A stretch of 64,000 bases of DNA from Minisyncoccota bacterium (GCA_041661645.1 JBAZUA010000004.1:69067-133066), one strand, 5' to 3'; counted from the stretch's first letter, positions 30,144 to 41,014 are shown. Numbers and translations are program-made. Notes: generated from the sequence alone by a model not told the origin.

Positions 30144-31031
30144 ATGACCAACAACTATCTCGATCTCAGCAACAAGCCAGCCCCGCGCATCATCGAGCGC
30201 GTGGTGTTTAAGAGGCGCTCATGGCATGTCGAGTTGGCCAAGGTCGCCCTCGGCATAGTGGTTGCCACTGGGGTGGTGTATGCCGTATCAAAGGCGGATG
30301 AAAACCTCTCCAGCAAGAGCTTCTCGGCGATCGGCGTCATTTCGAGCATGAGCGGCGAGAGTCTCTCCATTGAAAAGGCGAATGGGTCTGACGGCGGCAA
30401 GGGAATCTCTTATTCCTTCGCTACGGCATCCATATCAAAGCTCGAGACGAGCGACTATTCGCCTATCAACCTCTCTGACCTCAGGGTGGGGGACAGGGTC
30501 ATCGTGCAAGGCACGGATTCCCTGGGCGGTCTCACCGCCACCCGAATCATCTCCTTCTCGTCCCTGACGAGTTCCGCCGTCGTTCTCGACGTTGCCACAT
30601 CGACCGCAACGTTGGTAGCGACCTCAACAGCCTCATCAACCATTTCCGGGGGAATAAGCATCGAGGTTGCGACCTCTACCGTAATATCGACCGCGACGAC
30701 AACCGAGGACGTCATAATCGCCTCATCGACCGTCGCGATTGCCACATCTACCGCGACCTCCACGACGCCTTCCTCATCTGGTTCCGAGGTCATCGAAGTC
30801 ATAGATGTTGCCACATCATCAGCGAGCACCACTGATGCCGTTGCGACGGACGTATCGAGCACGACGGATTCCGTCATCTCGACATCGACGTCCCCATCAT
30901 CTGTGGCGGAACCAGAAAGTCAGCCGGCGAGCGATGTCATTGTTCCGGTCTTGACCGAACCTGTTCCTGATGTGATCCCGACTCCTGATTCATCATCGAC
31001 TTCCTCTGATCCTGCCGCAGCCACCGAATAG
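30144..31031 (+). CDS. Membrane-anchored DUF5666-like protein with S/T-rich and acidic tail; paralog of the upstream gene
   Basis: KSFSAIGVISS...LSDLRVGDRVIVQG..ATRII; ATST-rich tail. Confidence 0.7.
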   Translation: MTNNYLDLSNKPAPRIIERVVFKRRSWHVELAKVALGIVVATGVVYAVSKADENLSSKSFSAIGVISSMSGESLSIEKANGSDGGKGISYSFATASISKLETSDYSPINLSDLRVGDRVIVQGTDSLGGLTATRIISFSSLTSSAVVLDVATSTATLVATSTASSTISGGISIEVATSTVISTATTTEDVIIASSTVAIATSTATSTTPSSSGSEVIEVIDVATSSASTTDAVATDVSSTTDSVISTSTSPSSVAEPESQPASDVIVPVLTEPVPDVIPTPDSSSTSSDPAAATE

Positions 31032-31066
31032 TTTGTCTTTTTCAGTGCTGGCCATGTTAAACTGAT

Positions 31067-34000
31067 GTGGTGAAATCGCCTGTGAAAACCTTTTGCCATA
31101 TCTCTATCTGGTCACTCCTGACCATTGGTTTCTTCCTAGGCTCGCATTCCATCGCTTCTGCCGCCGTTCTTCTCCCTGGCACCATAGATACCTGTGGAGA
31201 GCTTGCCGCTTCAGGGACATACACCTTGGGCTCGAGTTTTGCGGCGAGCACGACTCTCGATGCGAACGGCACCTGTTTTGTGGTTGACGCATATCAGATC
31301 GGCGGGGGTACGGTGACCATCGATGGAAATGGCCATACCATCGATGGTGAGATGATTGGAAGCGGGCTTGGGGTTGATGCTCGCGCATACAATATCGCAG
31401 GAGACACTACGAGCGGTCTCGTCAACGGAGGGTCTCCGTCCCTTACGGCTCTCGTCATTCAAAATATCACTTTTACTGGATTTAACGATGGAGTGAATGC
31501 GAGTGGAAATGCTGACGGGGGCACTTGTAGCGTGCCCGGTGGAAATGGCGGGAATATAACCATCTCAAACGCCACGACAACCATCATAACCTCTAACGGA
31601 GGAGATGAGACAAGTTCCTGTAATCCTGTTGGTTTCGGCGGTGCGATCACGATAATATCTTCAAACACAAGCGGTTTACAATCCATATCTGGTGTCGGTG
31701 GCGGTTCTGGTGTAGGTGGGGCCATATCTATTAGCGCAAGTTCAACGGTGACGGGTTCGGTATCATCTAATAGCGGCGGTTATTCCCAGTCTGGTTCAGC
31801 GGGAGATATTAGCGGCGGACCTATTTCTATTACTACCGGCTCTGTCGTGATAGGTAATGTGTCATCAAGCGCCCTTGGGTCCGATGGTGACGGAGGGCCT
31901 ATTTCCATTACCACGGGATCCATGGTGACGGGCGACATATCGGCCGACGGTTCACAAGGCAACTCCGGTGAGGCTGGTCAAATCGATATAACCGATTCTT
32001 CCGTGAGTGGATCTCTGACGTCTAATGGCGGCTCAGGAGCAGTTTGTTATTCTGGTGGAACGATAAACATTACGGATTCTTCGCTTGTTGGGGGTATCAC
32101 ATCTAATGGCGGTGGTTCTGGCGGAGGTGGCTGCTCGGGTGGATCGATTACTATTTCAAACTCACCAATCACGGGAGGTGTAAGTGTTGGTGGAGGAGGT
32201 GGTGCTTCTGGCACTACAGGAGGCCCCGGAGGGAACATTTCAATCTCCGGGACAAACTTGGATCTTTCTGGAGAGACAATCAGCGCTCCTGGAGGGGTGA
32301 TTAATGATGGAGGGACAACTGGGGCAGACGGCACCCTGACCCTCACGTATACTGGTTCTCTGGTCACGACGGGCGTGACACTGTCGGCATTTTCCGCCTT
32401 TACCATAAACGCCCCATCCTCGGTTACCTATGGCCCGGTAGTGTTTGCGGGCGGGGAATTTCCACTTCTTCCGGGAGGAACGGCGGCATCGGCGGCACAG
32501 TGCAGCTCTCTTCTATTTGCTGGTACATATTACGTCCAGAGCTTCACCGGGGATTGTCTGATATCTGTTAGCGGAATAACCCTAGACGGGTCGGGAACAG
32601 AGACGATCACGGGAAATGTGACTGGAGCCAACGGTGCTGATCAGGTCGTTGATGGTAATAACAATGAGGTTAGCGCAAATACCCCAGGCGTCGGCGTGAG
32701 CGTTTCCAATCTTACGGTCACTGGTTCGGTGGCTGGTGGCAATGGTGGTAATGCGGTGTATGGGGCAAGCGCCTCCCCTGGTGGTTTGGTCAGTGTCGTC
32801 AATTCGACCGTTGGCACCGTAACATCTGGAAACGGCGGAGGCAGCGGTACCTATTATGGAGGACATGCCGGCAGTGTCACCGTCACGGGTTCTGTGACGG
32901 GAGCTGTTACGTCAGGCTCTGGCGGTTATGGAAACGATCAAATATCCTTCGAGGGAAGTGCGGGCAACGGGGGTGGCATTACAATCACAACCTCAACCTC
33001 AACCTCTGTCTCGTCGGGTGCGGGAGGTTATTCGACAGGGGCGTCCTGTGGTTTGGGTGGAAGTATCGCTGTCCAAGGGGGTACCAGTATTACAGGGGGC
33101 GTGACTTCTGGAGACGGTGGATCGAATAGCTTCGGTGGATCGCCCGGATGTTCAAACGGCGCCATCTCAATCACCTCTAATTCAAGGATCGGTGGTGCCG
33201 TGACGGCCAGCAATGGCTCCAGCGGTTTTGGTGGCGATATTTCCGTCACGGCAAGCTCCACCGTTGTGGGTACGATAACTTCAAATGGTAGCAATGATAA
33301 CGGTGCGTGTTATGCGCCCGGAGGTTACGGGGGAGCCGTCACGGTCTTGAATTCGGTGACAGCAGGCATCGTTTCTAATGGAGGAATCGAATCCAGCGGC
33401 TGTGGTTACTCCGGGCTCGGTGGAACTGTTTATATCCTAAATTCCCAGACGGGAACGGTCACATCAAACGGCGGAGCCGGGTTTTTCTCTGGTAATGGCG
33501 GATCTGTTTCCGTCACCAATTCCCAGACGGGAACGGTCACGTCAAATGGTGGTGATGGCATAGTAGAGGTGTCTGGCGATGGCGGTTCTGGCGGAACTGT
33601 CTCGATTGCCACAAACTCCACTGTCACGGGCGCTGTATCGGCTAATGGTGGTGAAGGTCTTTCTGGTCAAAGTAATGGTGGAACTGTCTCGATCACCGCG
33701 AACTCAATCGTGACTGGGGCCGTTTCGGCCAACGGGGCCTCTAGTTTTCTTGGTGGCAACAGTTATGACTCTGGCGGTTATGGTGGGCCGATTACCATAA
33801 CCAATTCACAGGCGGGAAGCGTGTCCTCCATGGGAGGACACGGTCTTGGCGTTGCGGGTGGTCGAGGCGGCACGATCACGATTTCAGTCACAAGCCTTGA
33901 TCTTTCGGATAGGACAATAAATGTGTCTGGTGGGACTGGCGACGCGGGTTTTGGCGCGAACGGCTCCTTTGTCATCAATTATCAATCTCTATCCACCAAT

Positions 34001-37000
34001 GTCTCGACCTTCCTATATGACATCGGCACATTAACTGTCAATGGAAGTGCGGTTTCCGATTCAAGCGCCACAACGTGTACAAACGAGGTAGTGGCGGGAG
34101 CAGGTTGTGCGTGGAACGGAGTCTTCGACCCAGTCATCTATTACTTCTTTGACGGTGTGACCGTGCTTCAACCTTCTGCCGCTTCCGACGGAGATTGGAA
34201 CAATCCAAATAATTGGTATACCACCGGAAGTTATCTGACTACAAGCGATGGGGCAGACCAGCCGGGTGTCATCCCTCAAGCGGTCAACAGTGTCATCATC
34301 AATAGCTCTGTCACGACAAACAGTGGCTCTTCCGCAGCGGTTTCAAGTGTCATTGTGAACGGCACCTCAACTATCAATATTCCTATTTCTACCTTGGGTG
34401 TTACGTTTAATAACGGAGGCAGTAATACGGGTACGATCGCTAACACTGGAGTCACGATTTTTAACGGCACAAGTACAAACAGTGGAATTACTATAAGCTC
34501 CGGTATGGTTACCTTCAATGCTTCGTCTTCAAACACTGGGACCATTTTCACTGACGCCACGACTACTTTTAATGGGGATGATGCTTCAAGTACGGGAAGT
34601 GTTTTTGATACAGGTATTTTCATAACCCAAAATGTGGGAAATAGAAGTTGGCGATCTATAGCCTCCACCCCATCTGGCGACGTGTACGCGGTTGTACCTG
34701 GTGGTTACATCTATAAGCAGACGGGCGGCACGGGGTCCTTCGTAAACGTCAGCAGTGCTTTGGGGACTAAAGGTTGGTCCTCCATCACATCCACCCCATC
34801 TGGCGACGTGTATGCGGTTACAAATGGCGGCGACATATATAAGCAGACGGGCGGCACGGGGAGCTTCACGGCGCAGGTCGCGGGAAACAGGGGTTGGTAT
34901 TCCATAACTTCCACCCCATCGGGCGACGTGTACGCGGTTGTGTATCCTGGCGGCGACATATATAAGCAGACGGGCGGCACGGGGAGTTTCGCGGCCCAGG
35001 GTGTGGGGAATAAATCCTGGTACTCTATAGCCTCCACCCCATCTGGCGACGTGTACGCGGTTGTAAATGGCGGCGACATATATAAGCAGACGGGCGGCAC
35101 GGGGTCCTTCGTAAACGTCAGCAGTGCTTTGGGGACTAAAGGTTGGTTCTCCATAACGTCTACTCCCTCGGGCGACGTGTACGCGGTTGTAAATGGCGGC
35201 GACATCTACAGGCAGATCGGGGGCACAGGCAGCTTTGTGGCCCGAGGTGCGGGAAATAAAGATTGGGGCGCTATAACCTCCACACCTTCAGGCAACGTGT
35301 ATGTGGTTATATATGCTGGTGGCGACATATACAAATCAATTCCAGACGGCACATCAACACCAATCACCCGCATCTTCTCCTCCGCCGTCGCCACCGTCCG
35401 AGATTTCACCACTGAAGCCGGTCACAACAACTGGATTGTTGTCGCCCAGGGTGTCGTCGTCGATCTCACGAATGCCGTATACAACGTCGCGACAAACATA
35501 TTCAAGGCATTTGCCGGAGGTTGGTTCATCCCTAATCCAACAATAAATGGGGGAGCGCATGTGGTTCCATTGATCTCTGTCTCTACCTCAACCCTCGCAT
35601 ATACCGGTGCCTCGGATACAAAGACAATCAAATGGAAGCCGGTCATTGACTGGGATACTGCCACCACCTGTCTTTATTCATATGATGATTTTGTCACGAC
35701 AAGTGTTGTAACGTGTTCTGCTTCAGATACAACCCTCCCTCGACCAACCGCAGGACCACACACCCTCTCGCTTCGAGGTACTGACGCGAACGGTGGCATG
35801 GCCGAGGCAAGTCTCACTTATTATTACGACAACACCTCGCCCCTCGGCATCGACTCGTCCGACGCGACCCTTCCTCTAGACGAGGTGACTCGCCCATACT
35901 ATTACCTCTCCTCGGACATCTCTTTCCCATTGACCTTCGCCGTGTCCGCCGAGCTTCGCGGATCTGCCGCAACAACCGTAATATCGACTACGGGCGGATA
36001 TACCACAAGTGGGGCAATTGATGCACAGGGTTACAATCTTGTCTTAAGAAATATTACTGTTGGAGGTGCTATCACATCGAATGGCTTCTCATCTGGAGCG
36101 TCAGGAGGATCCATCTCTATATATAACGCAAATACGGCGTCTATCACGGCAAACGGTGCTGCGGGCACAAACGGTGGGGCGGGAGGAGTCGTAACTATCG
36201 CCACATCTACCACCGCGGCCGTCACCGCCAACGGTGCGAACGGCACCACGAACGGTGGCGCGGGAGGAAGCGTGACGATCACCAATTCCATCGGCAATCC
36301 GCTGACTTCGACAGTCACCGCGAGCGGCGGCAGTTCGTCCTCCTGTGGCGACGGGGGAGACTCGGGTGATATCGTCCTGACGAATTCGTCATACGGCACG
36401 CTCACGAGCGATGCTGGGAGCGCGGCCACCTCTGGTTGCCCGGGCCAATCGCATTCGAGCGGCACGCAGCATCACGCCCCCACGGTGACGGGAGTCCATT
36501 CGTCTCAGGTCGTTTCGTCGAATTCGTCGCCCGTCGTTCGTTCGAGCACTGGTACCGTAAATGCCGCCGTGCAGGAGTTCCGTCGCGCAACGGCGACGAC
36601 GCTCCCAACCCTGTCCCTCCCCACGCTCGTCGTCGGAAGGCTCCCGACACTCACCTCGCTCCCAACCTTTGGCGGCACGGGCATCAGGTCGTTCTCCTTC
36701 GCCGGCCCGATAGCGAAGTTCCTCTTCGAGCCTTTGCCTGAGGGGCTTCGCTCTACCCTTGCGACGTCTCCGGTCCTCGCCGCGTACGTCTCGTCCAAGG
36801 GCATCGCTGGCGCACAGTCTCTCTCGAGACTGGTCGTGACCCCGATTGCCATCACCGATCCGGCGCCCATTGGTCTCTATTCCGTGTCGCGCGGTGGTAG
36901 GACTCTCTCGACATCCCTGTCATCTGATGGGCTGACCCTCTTCCAGCTTGTCCATGTTTCGCCGGGAGCGGAGCTCTCTGTCTCGAGGGAGGGCTCATCG

Positions 37001-37219
37001 CTCTCGTCGGGGATGTTTGCACGCAAGCCTCTCCAATTCGATGTCGATGGCTCCGCGGCCCTTCGGGCCCCAGCCCTTCCGGGCACCTATTTCCTGACCT
37101 CCTCGTCATCGCCGCTCTCCCTCGCGGTGCAGGTGGGGGTATCCGCCATTTCAGCCCTTCCCGAAGCCAAGCCCCCGTCGATTTGGCAGAGGGTGTGGGG
37201 CTGGTTTGGCTTTCGTTAG
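31067..37219 (+). CDS. Giant secreted Gly-rich beta-helix-like protein (2050 aa) with a 6-blade propeller
   Basis: Signal peptide; GGxITIxxS repeats; six STPSG(D/N)VY repeats at 34620-35340; C-terminus homologous to the 3417-aa protein. Confidence 0.88.
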   Translation: MVKSPVKTFCHISIWSLLTIGFFLGSHSIASAAVLLPGTIDTCGELAASGTYTLGSSFAASTTLDANGTCFVVDAYQIGGGTVTIDGNGHTIDGEMIGSGLGVDARAYNIAGDTTSGLVNGGSPSLTALVIQNITFTGFNDGVNASGNADGGTCSVPGGNGGNITISNATTTIITSNGGDETSSCNPVGFGGAITIISSNTSGLQSISGVGGGSGVGGAISISASSTVTGSVSSNSGGYSQSGSAGDISGGPISITTGSVVIGNVSSSALGSDGDGGPISITTGSMVTGDISADGSQGNSGEAGQIDITDSSVSGSLTSNGGSGAVCYSGGTINITDSSLVGGITSNGGGSGGGGCSGGSITISNSPITGGVSVGGGGGASGTTGGPGGNISISGTNLDLSGETISAPGGVINDGGTTGADGTLTLTYTGSLVTTGVTLSAFSAFTINAPSSVTYGPVVFAGGEFPLLPGGTAASAAQCSSLLFAGTYYVQSFTGDCLISVSGITLDGSGTETITGNVTGANGADQVVDGNNNEVSANTPGVGVSVSNLTVTGSVAGGNGGNAVYGASASPGGLVSVVNSTVGTVTSGNGGGSGTYYGGHAGSVTVTGSVTGAVTSGSGGYGNDQISFEGSAGNGGGITITTSTSTSVSSGAGGYSTGASCGLGGSIAVQGGTSITGGVTSGDGGSNSFGGSPGCSNGAISITSNSRIGGAVTASNGSSGFGGDISVTASSTVVGTITSNGSNDNGACYAPGGYGGAVTVLNSVTAGIVSNGGIESSGCGYSGLGGTVYILNSQTGTVTSNGGAGFFSGNGGSVSVTNSQTGTVTSNGGDGIVEVSGDGGSGGTVSIATNSTVTGAVSANGGEGLSGQSNGGTVSITANSIVTGAVSANGASSFLGGNSYDSGGYGGPITITNSQAGSVSSMGGHGLGVAGGRGGTITISVTSLDLSDRTINVSGGTGDAGFGANGSFVINYQSLSTNVSTFLYDIGTLTVNGSAVSDSSATTCTNEVVAGAGCAWNGVFDPVIYYFFDGVTVLQPSAASDGDWNNPNNWYTTGSYLTTSDGADQPGVIPQAVNSVIINSSVTTNSGSSAAVSSVIVNGTSTINIPISTLGVTFNNGGSNTGTIANTGVTIFNGTSTNSGITISSGMVTFNASSSNTGTIFTDATTTFNGDDASSTGSVFDTGIFITQNVGNRSWRSIASTPSGDVYAVVPGGYIYKQTGGTGSFVNVSSALGTKGWSSITSTPSGDVYAVTNGGDIYKQTGGTGSFTAQVAGNRGWYSITSTPSGDVYAVVYPGGDIYKQTGGTGSFAAQGVGNKSWYSIASTPSGDVYAVVNGGDIYKQTGGTGSFVNVSSALGTKGWFSITSTPSGDVYAVVNGGDIYRQIGGTGSFVARGAGNKDWGAITSTPSGNVYVVIYAGGDIYKSIPDGTSTPITRIFSSAVATVRDFTTEAGHNNWIVVAQGVVVDLTNAVYNVATNIFKAFAGGWFIPNPTINGGAHVVPLISVSTSTLAYTGASDTKTIKWKPVIDWDTATTCLYSYDDFVTTSVVTCSASDTTLPRPTAGPHTLSLRGTDANGGMAEASLTYYYDNTSPLGIDSSDATLPLDEVTRPYYYLSSDISFPLTFAVSAELRGSAATTVISTTGGYTTSGAIDAQGYNLVLRNITVGGAITSNGFSSGASGGSISIYNANTASITANGAAGTNGGAGGVVTIATSTTAAVTANGANGTTNGGAGGSVTITNSIGNPLTSTVTASGGSSSSCGDGGDSGDIVLTNSSYGTLTSDAGSAATSGCPGQSHSSGTQHHAPTVTGVHSSQVVSSNSSPVVRSSTGTVNAAVQEFRRATATTLPTLSLPTLVVGRLPTLTSLPTFGGTGIRSFSFAGPIAKFLFEPLPEGLRSTLATSPVLAAYVSSKGIAGAQSLSRLVVTPIAITDPAPIGLYSVSRGGRTLSTSLSSDGLTLFQLVHVSPGAELSVSREGSSLSSGMFARKPLQFDVDGSAALRAPALPGTYFLTSSSSPLSLAVQVGVSAISALPEAKPPSIWQRVWGWFGFR

Positions 37220-37254
37220 TCTGATAGAATATTAGAAACAATTAATCAATCACT

Positions 37255-37632
37255 ATGACAAACATTCAATCGGGAATCTTCGATAAGACGCGCATGGTAT
37301 CAAACCTGCTGATGCTCGTGCTCGTCGCGGGAAACATCTTCTTCAGCATCCAGTACTCGACCAACCTCTCGCAGCAGGCCGCTGCCACGCAGCAGGATTC
37401 GGGCCAGCGCATAAAGATCGCTCGCTTCCTCAAGCTCTTCGTCGGCACGGTCCTTCGCACGGAGGGAACCGTCTCGGCTGACGAGCGCATCCAGCTGGAG
37501 AATGACGTTCGTCAGCTCGGCGAGACGGACATTCGCGACCTCTGGGATTCCTTCGTCGACTCCCCGACCTCCGTCGACTATCAGGCGAGGGCCGTCAAGC
37601 TCTTGGCCGCCCTGACCAACAAGTTGATATAG
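37255..37632 (+). CDS. Single-TM hypothetical protein
   Basis: N-terminal TM, helical domain, downstream hairpin at about 37671-37698. Confidence 0.7.
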   Translation: MTNIQSGIFDKTRMVSNLLMLVLVAGNIFFSIQYSTNLSQQAAATQQDSGQRIKIARFLKLFVGTVLRTEGTVSADERIQLENDVRQLGETDIRDLWDSFVDSPTSVDYQARAVKLLAALTNKLI

Positions 37633-37856
37633 AAAATAAATTATTCCCCCGATTGAATTGATTGAAGAATAAAAAATGTCCCAGACGGGGCATTTTTTAT
37701 TTCGCTGAAAATAGTTTCGTCGCGGAAAAAATAAAAAAGTGCATAACTTCTTTTGATTCTCGCGCACATCGTTCTACAATGTAAGTGCGCCCTCGTGGTC
37801 GGCGAAGGGAAGCGTCTCGATTTTTATTTATTTGCGGTTCACCCCGCACATCCACA

Positions 37857-37958
37857 ATGGCAAAAACAAAGAAGAAGGTTGTGAAGAAGGTCGCCAAGAA
37901 GGCGGTCAAGAAAGTCTCGAAGAAATCTTCTGCAAAGAAGTCTTCTAAGAAGAGATAG
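37857..37958 (+). CDS. 33-aa lysine-rich histone H1/Hc1-like peptide
   Basis: MAKTKKKVVKKVAKKAVKKVSKKSSAKKSSKKR*; below the ORF-track length cutoff. Confidence 0.65.
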   Translation: MAKTKKKVVKKVAKKAVKKVSKKSSAKKSSKKR

Positions 37959-37964
37959 TTCATT

Positions 37965-38639
37965 CTAGCTGGCCACGGCCAGACAGATGACGGCGCGCGC
38001 TCCTGCTTGCAGGAGCGCGCGCTTCGCTTCTCCGAGCGTGGCACCGGTCGTGACGATGTCATCGAGGACGATGACGTTTCTGCCCCCGACTCCTCCATCG
38101 CCGTCGCCTCTCGCGGTGAAGGAATCTTTGAGGCCCTCAAGTCTTTCCGCCCTTGTCCTACCGACCTGGTCACCGGTATGCCTTGTCTTTGTGAGCGCAT
38201 CGAACCCTTTCTCCAGCATGGTACCCCTGTCAGCGAGGATTATCTCCCTTGCCACGAGCTCGCACTGGTTCCAGCCTCTCCCCCTCAGGCTTCTTTTGGT
38301 CATCGCCACCGGAACCAGAAGGGGATTGTTGAATCCCTCCAACACATCAAGCTCGTACAGGCGTTCGGCAAGGCGCTCGTGTACGAGTCTCCCGAGAAGC
38401 CTCTCGATTTTTCGATTGCGAAAGGTCTTGAGCTCGACGAGCGAGGCCCGCACCACGTCCGTGCGGTAGGGAAAGAGGGAGATGATGCCGTCGGATCTTT
38501 TCCCGGGCGACTCGGTCTCTGCCCGCAGGGCGAAGTCACCAAGGCTCATTCCCTCGATTTCCCGTATGAGCGGGTCCGGAGGGGCGATGGTGTCGATCCC
38601 GTAGGCGAGGATTCTGGATATGTGCCTCAGTAGATGCAT
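37965..38639 (-). CDS. comF: ComF-family phosphoribosyltransferase-domain competence protein
   Basis: RGWNQCE, VIVLDDIVTTGATL; start at 38639 preferred. Confidence 0.85.
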   Translation of the reverse strand: MHLLRHISRILAYGIDTIAPPDPLIREIEGMSLGDFALRAETESPGKRSDGIISLFPYRTDVVRASLVELKTFRNRKIERLLGRLVHERLAERLYELDVLEGFNNPLLVPVAMTKRSLRGRGWNQCELVAREIILADRGTMLEKGFDALTKTRHTGDQVGRTRAERLEGLKDSFTARGDGDGGVGGRNVIVLDDIVTTGATLGEAKRALLQAGARAVICLAVAS

Positions 38640-38667
38640 GAAACACATGATATAATGTTTCAATCGT

Positions 38668-39798
38668 ATGGCCATGTCATTTTTTGAAAATTTCTTTAGC
38701 AAGAAGGGACAGAGCGTTATTGGCCTTGATATTGGGTCCTCTTCCGTCAAGGTCGTGCAGATGCGCAAGAAGAACGGCAAGGCCGTTCTCGAGACCTATG
38801 GCGAGCTCGCCCTTGGGCCGTATGCGGGCGTCGAGATAGGCCGGGCAACGAATCTTCCCAACGAGAAGCTCATCGAGGCAATTCGCGACCTGATAAAGGA
38901 GTCGAATGTCACCACCATGTCCTGCGGCATATCGATTGCCGCCTCGTCGAGCCTTCTCTCGTTCATACGCATGCCCGAGATGGATACCAAGCAGCTGGCG
39001 ACCATGGTTCCCATAGAGGCGCGCAAATACATCCCTGTCCCCATAACCGAAGTCGCGCTCGACTGGTCCGTCGTGCCGAAGGAGGAGAGCTCGTTCTCAG
39101 ATTTCGAGAAGTCTCCCGCCCAGGCAGCGGGACAGCAGGCCTCGCAGTCCAAGGGCGTCGACATCATGCTTGTCGTCATACACAACGACGTGCTGAGCAG
39201 GCTCGGGCAGATATCCGCGGCCCTTGGGTTGAACGCGAGCTTCTATGAGATAGAGATTTTCAGTTCCATGCGATCGGTCGTGGATCAAAACGTCGGCTCC
39301 CAGCTCGTCTTTGACATGGGCGCGCGGTCAACCAAGCTCTATATCATTGAAAGGGGAGTGCTGCGCAGCAATCACAGCGTCAACAGGGGGTCGCAGGAGA
39401 TCACCCTGTCCTTGTCGCAGTCTCTCGGCAAGAGCGTCGGCGATGCCGAGCATATAAAGCGCACGATCGGCCTTTCGTCGGATCTCGACAACAAGAACAT
39501 AAACGAGATCATCACCCTTAACCTTGACTACATATTCACCGAGACCAACCGCGTCATAGCGAACTATCAGCAGAAGTACGGCAAGAGCGTATCCAAGGTC
39601 ATTTTGACCGGGGGAGGGTCTCTTCTCAAGGGCCTCCTCGAGGTCGCCCGTGTCAAATTCCAGACAGAGGTGGTCCTTGGCGATCCGTTCTCGAAAACCG
39701 AGGCGCCAGCGTTTCTCGAGCCCGTCCTACGCAGTGCCGGCCCCGAGTTTGCCGTGGCCATCGGCATAGCCCTCAGGAAACTGCAGGAATCAGAGTAG
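38668..39798 (+). CDS. pilM: Type IV pilus assembly protein PilM
   Basis: IGLDIGSSSVK, EARKYIPVP, ILTGGGS, FAVAIGIAL. Confidence 0.92.
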   Translation: MAMSFFENFFSKKGQSVIGLDIGSSSVKVVQMRKKNGKAVLETYGELALGPYAGVEIGRATNLPNEKLIEAIRDLIKESNVTTMSCGISIAASSSLLSFIRMPEMDTKQLATMVPIEARKYIPVPITEVALDWSVVPKEESSFSDFEKSPAQAAGQQASQSKGVDIMLVVIHNDVLSRLGQISAALGLNASFYEIEIFSSMRSVVDQNVGSQLVFDMGARSTKLYIIERGVLRSNHSVNRGSQEITLSLSQSLGKSVGDAEHIKRTIGLSSDLDNKNINEIITLNLDYIFTETNRVIANYQQKYGKSVSKVILTGGGSLLKGLLEVARVKFQTEVVLGDPFSKTEAPAFLEPVLRSAGPEFAVAIGIALRKLQESE

Positions 39799-39850
39799 CT
39801 GTGGATAGCGCTCGCCGCGGAGCGGTAGTATAATAAACAGACAAAAGAAG

Positions 39851-40483
39851 ATGGATCCTCGATTTCAAACATCATTCATACCGAAGAAGCCGATCGTCGC
39901 CCAGGTGAAGTCTGGATCTTCTTCGCCTATCAATCTCTTCACCCTCATCTCGACCGTACTCTTCTTCGCCATGATTGCCGTATCGGCGGGAGCCTTTCTG
40001 TACAAGGGACTCCTGGTCAAGCAAATAGGGGGCGGAAAGGCCTCCCTCGACAGGGCTCGCGACGCGTTTGACCCTGAACTCATCTCCCAGATAGTCAGGC
40101 TCGATTCCCGCATAAACACCGCAAAGGCGCTCATGGCCTCACACGTCACCGTCAACCCCCTGTTCGATTTCGTATCGTCCATAACCCTTCAGACCGTCAG
40201 GTTCAAGAATTTCAACTTCTCCTATCTGGCCCCTGACAAGATACAGGTAAGCATGACCGGTCAGACCAGGAGCTATGCCTCGGTCGCCCTGCAGTCTGAC
40301 ACCCTCAACGAGCAGAAGAGCCTCAAGAACGTGACCATCGGCGACATGGTCCTCGACGCGTCGGGCTCTATATCCTTTGACGTGACCGCCGTCATCGATC
40401 CTACCGTTCTGTCGTACTCAACGTCGATAGCGCCCGCCGCGGCCGATGACGGGTCCGCTCAGACAAACACCCAAACCCAATGA
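39851..40483 (+). CDS. PilN-like alignment-complex protein
   Basis: Single TM; lies between pilM and pilO. Confidence 0.65.
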   Translation: MDPRFQTSFIPKKPIVAQVKSGSSSPINLFTLISTVLFFAMIAVSAGAFLYKGLLVKQIGGGKASLDRARDAFDPELISQIVRLDSRINTAKALMASHVTVNPLFDFVSSITLQTVRFKNFNFSYLAPDKIQVSMTGQTRSYASVALQSDTLNEQKSLKNVTIGDMVLDASGSISFDVTAVIDPTVLSYSTSIAPAAADDGSAQTNTQTQ

Positions 40484-41013
40484 GCAACATAGTATCCATA
40501 CTCCTCATAGTCGTCTCGTTTGGAACGTTCTTCATGTACGTCGATCCTACCTATACCGAGATAAAGGCCCTTTCCGTCGAGAAGGACAATTACACCCGCG
40601 CGCTCGACAATTCAAAGAAGCTTCAGGAACAGAGGGACATGTTCCTTCAGAAGTTCAACGCCGTGAGCGCCGAGGATAGGGATAATCTCCTTAAGCTGCT
40701 GCCAGACAATATAGACAACGTCCGCTTGATCATAGACATTGCGGAGATGGCCAAGGCACAGAATGTGCCGATCGGTGGCTTCAGGGCGTCTGTCGCGACG
40801 GCGAACGCGAACGTCATCGGGGCGAACAAGAGCGCCTATGGAACGCTGACACTGTCCTTCTCGACATCCGCGACCTACGGGACATTTCTTTCCTTCATGA
40901 AGGACCTCGAGAGGAGCCTCCGCATCCTGGATATCACGAGCATAGGATTTTCCGCGAGCGACAGCGGGGCATATGATTATGACGTGACCCTAAAGACCTA
41001 TTGGCTCAAATAA
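40480..41013 (+). CDS. pilO: PilO-like protein
   Basis: TM, coiled coil, LLP, Y..F.SF.KDLERSLRILDI. Confidence 0.75.
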   Translation: MSNIVSILLIVVSFGTFFMYVDPTYTEIKALSVEKDNYTRALDNSKKLQEQRDMFLQKFNAVSAEDRDNLLKLLPDNIDNVRLIIDIAEMAKAQNVPIGGFRASVATANANVIGANKSAYGTLTLSFSTSATYGTFLSFMKDLERSLRILDITSIGFSASDSGAYDYDVTLKTYWLK

Positions 41014-41014
41014 C

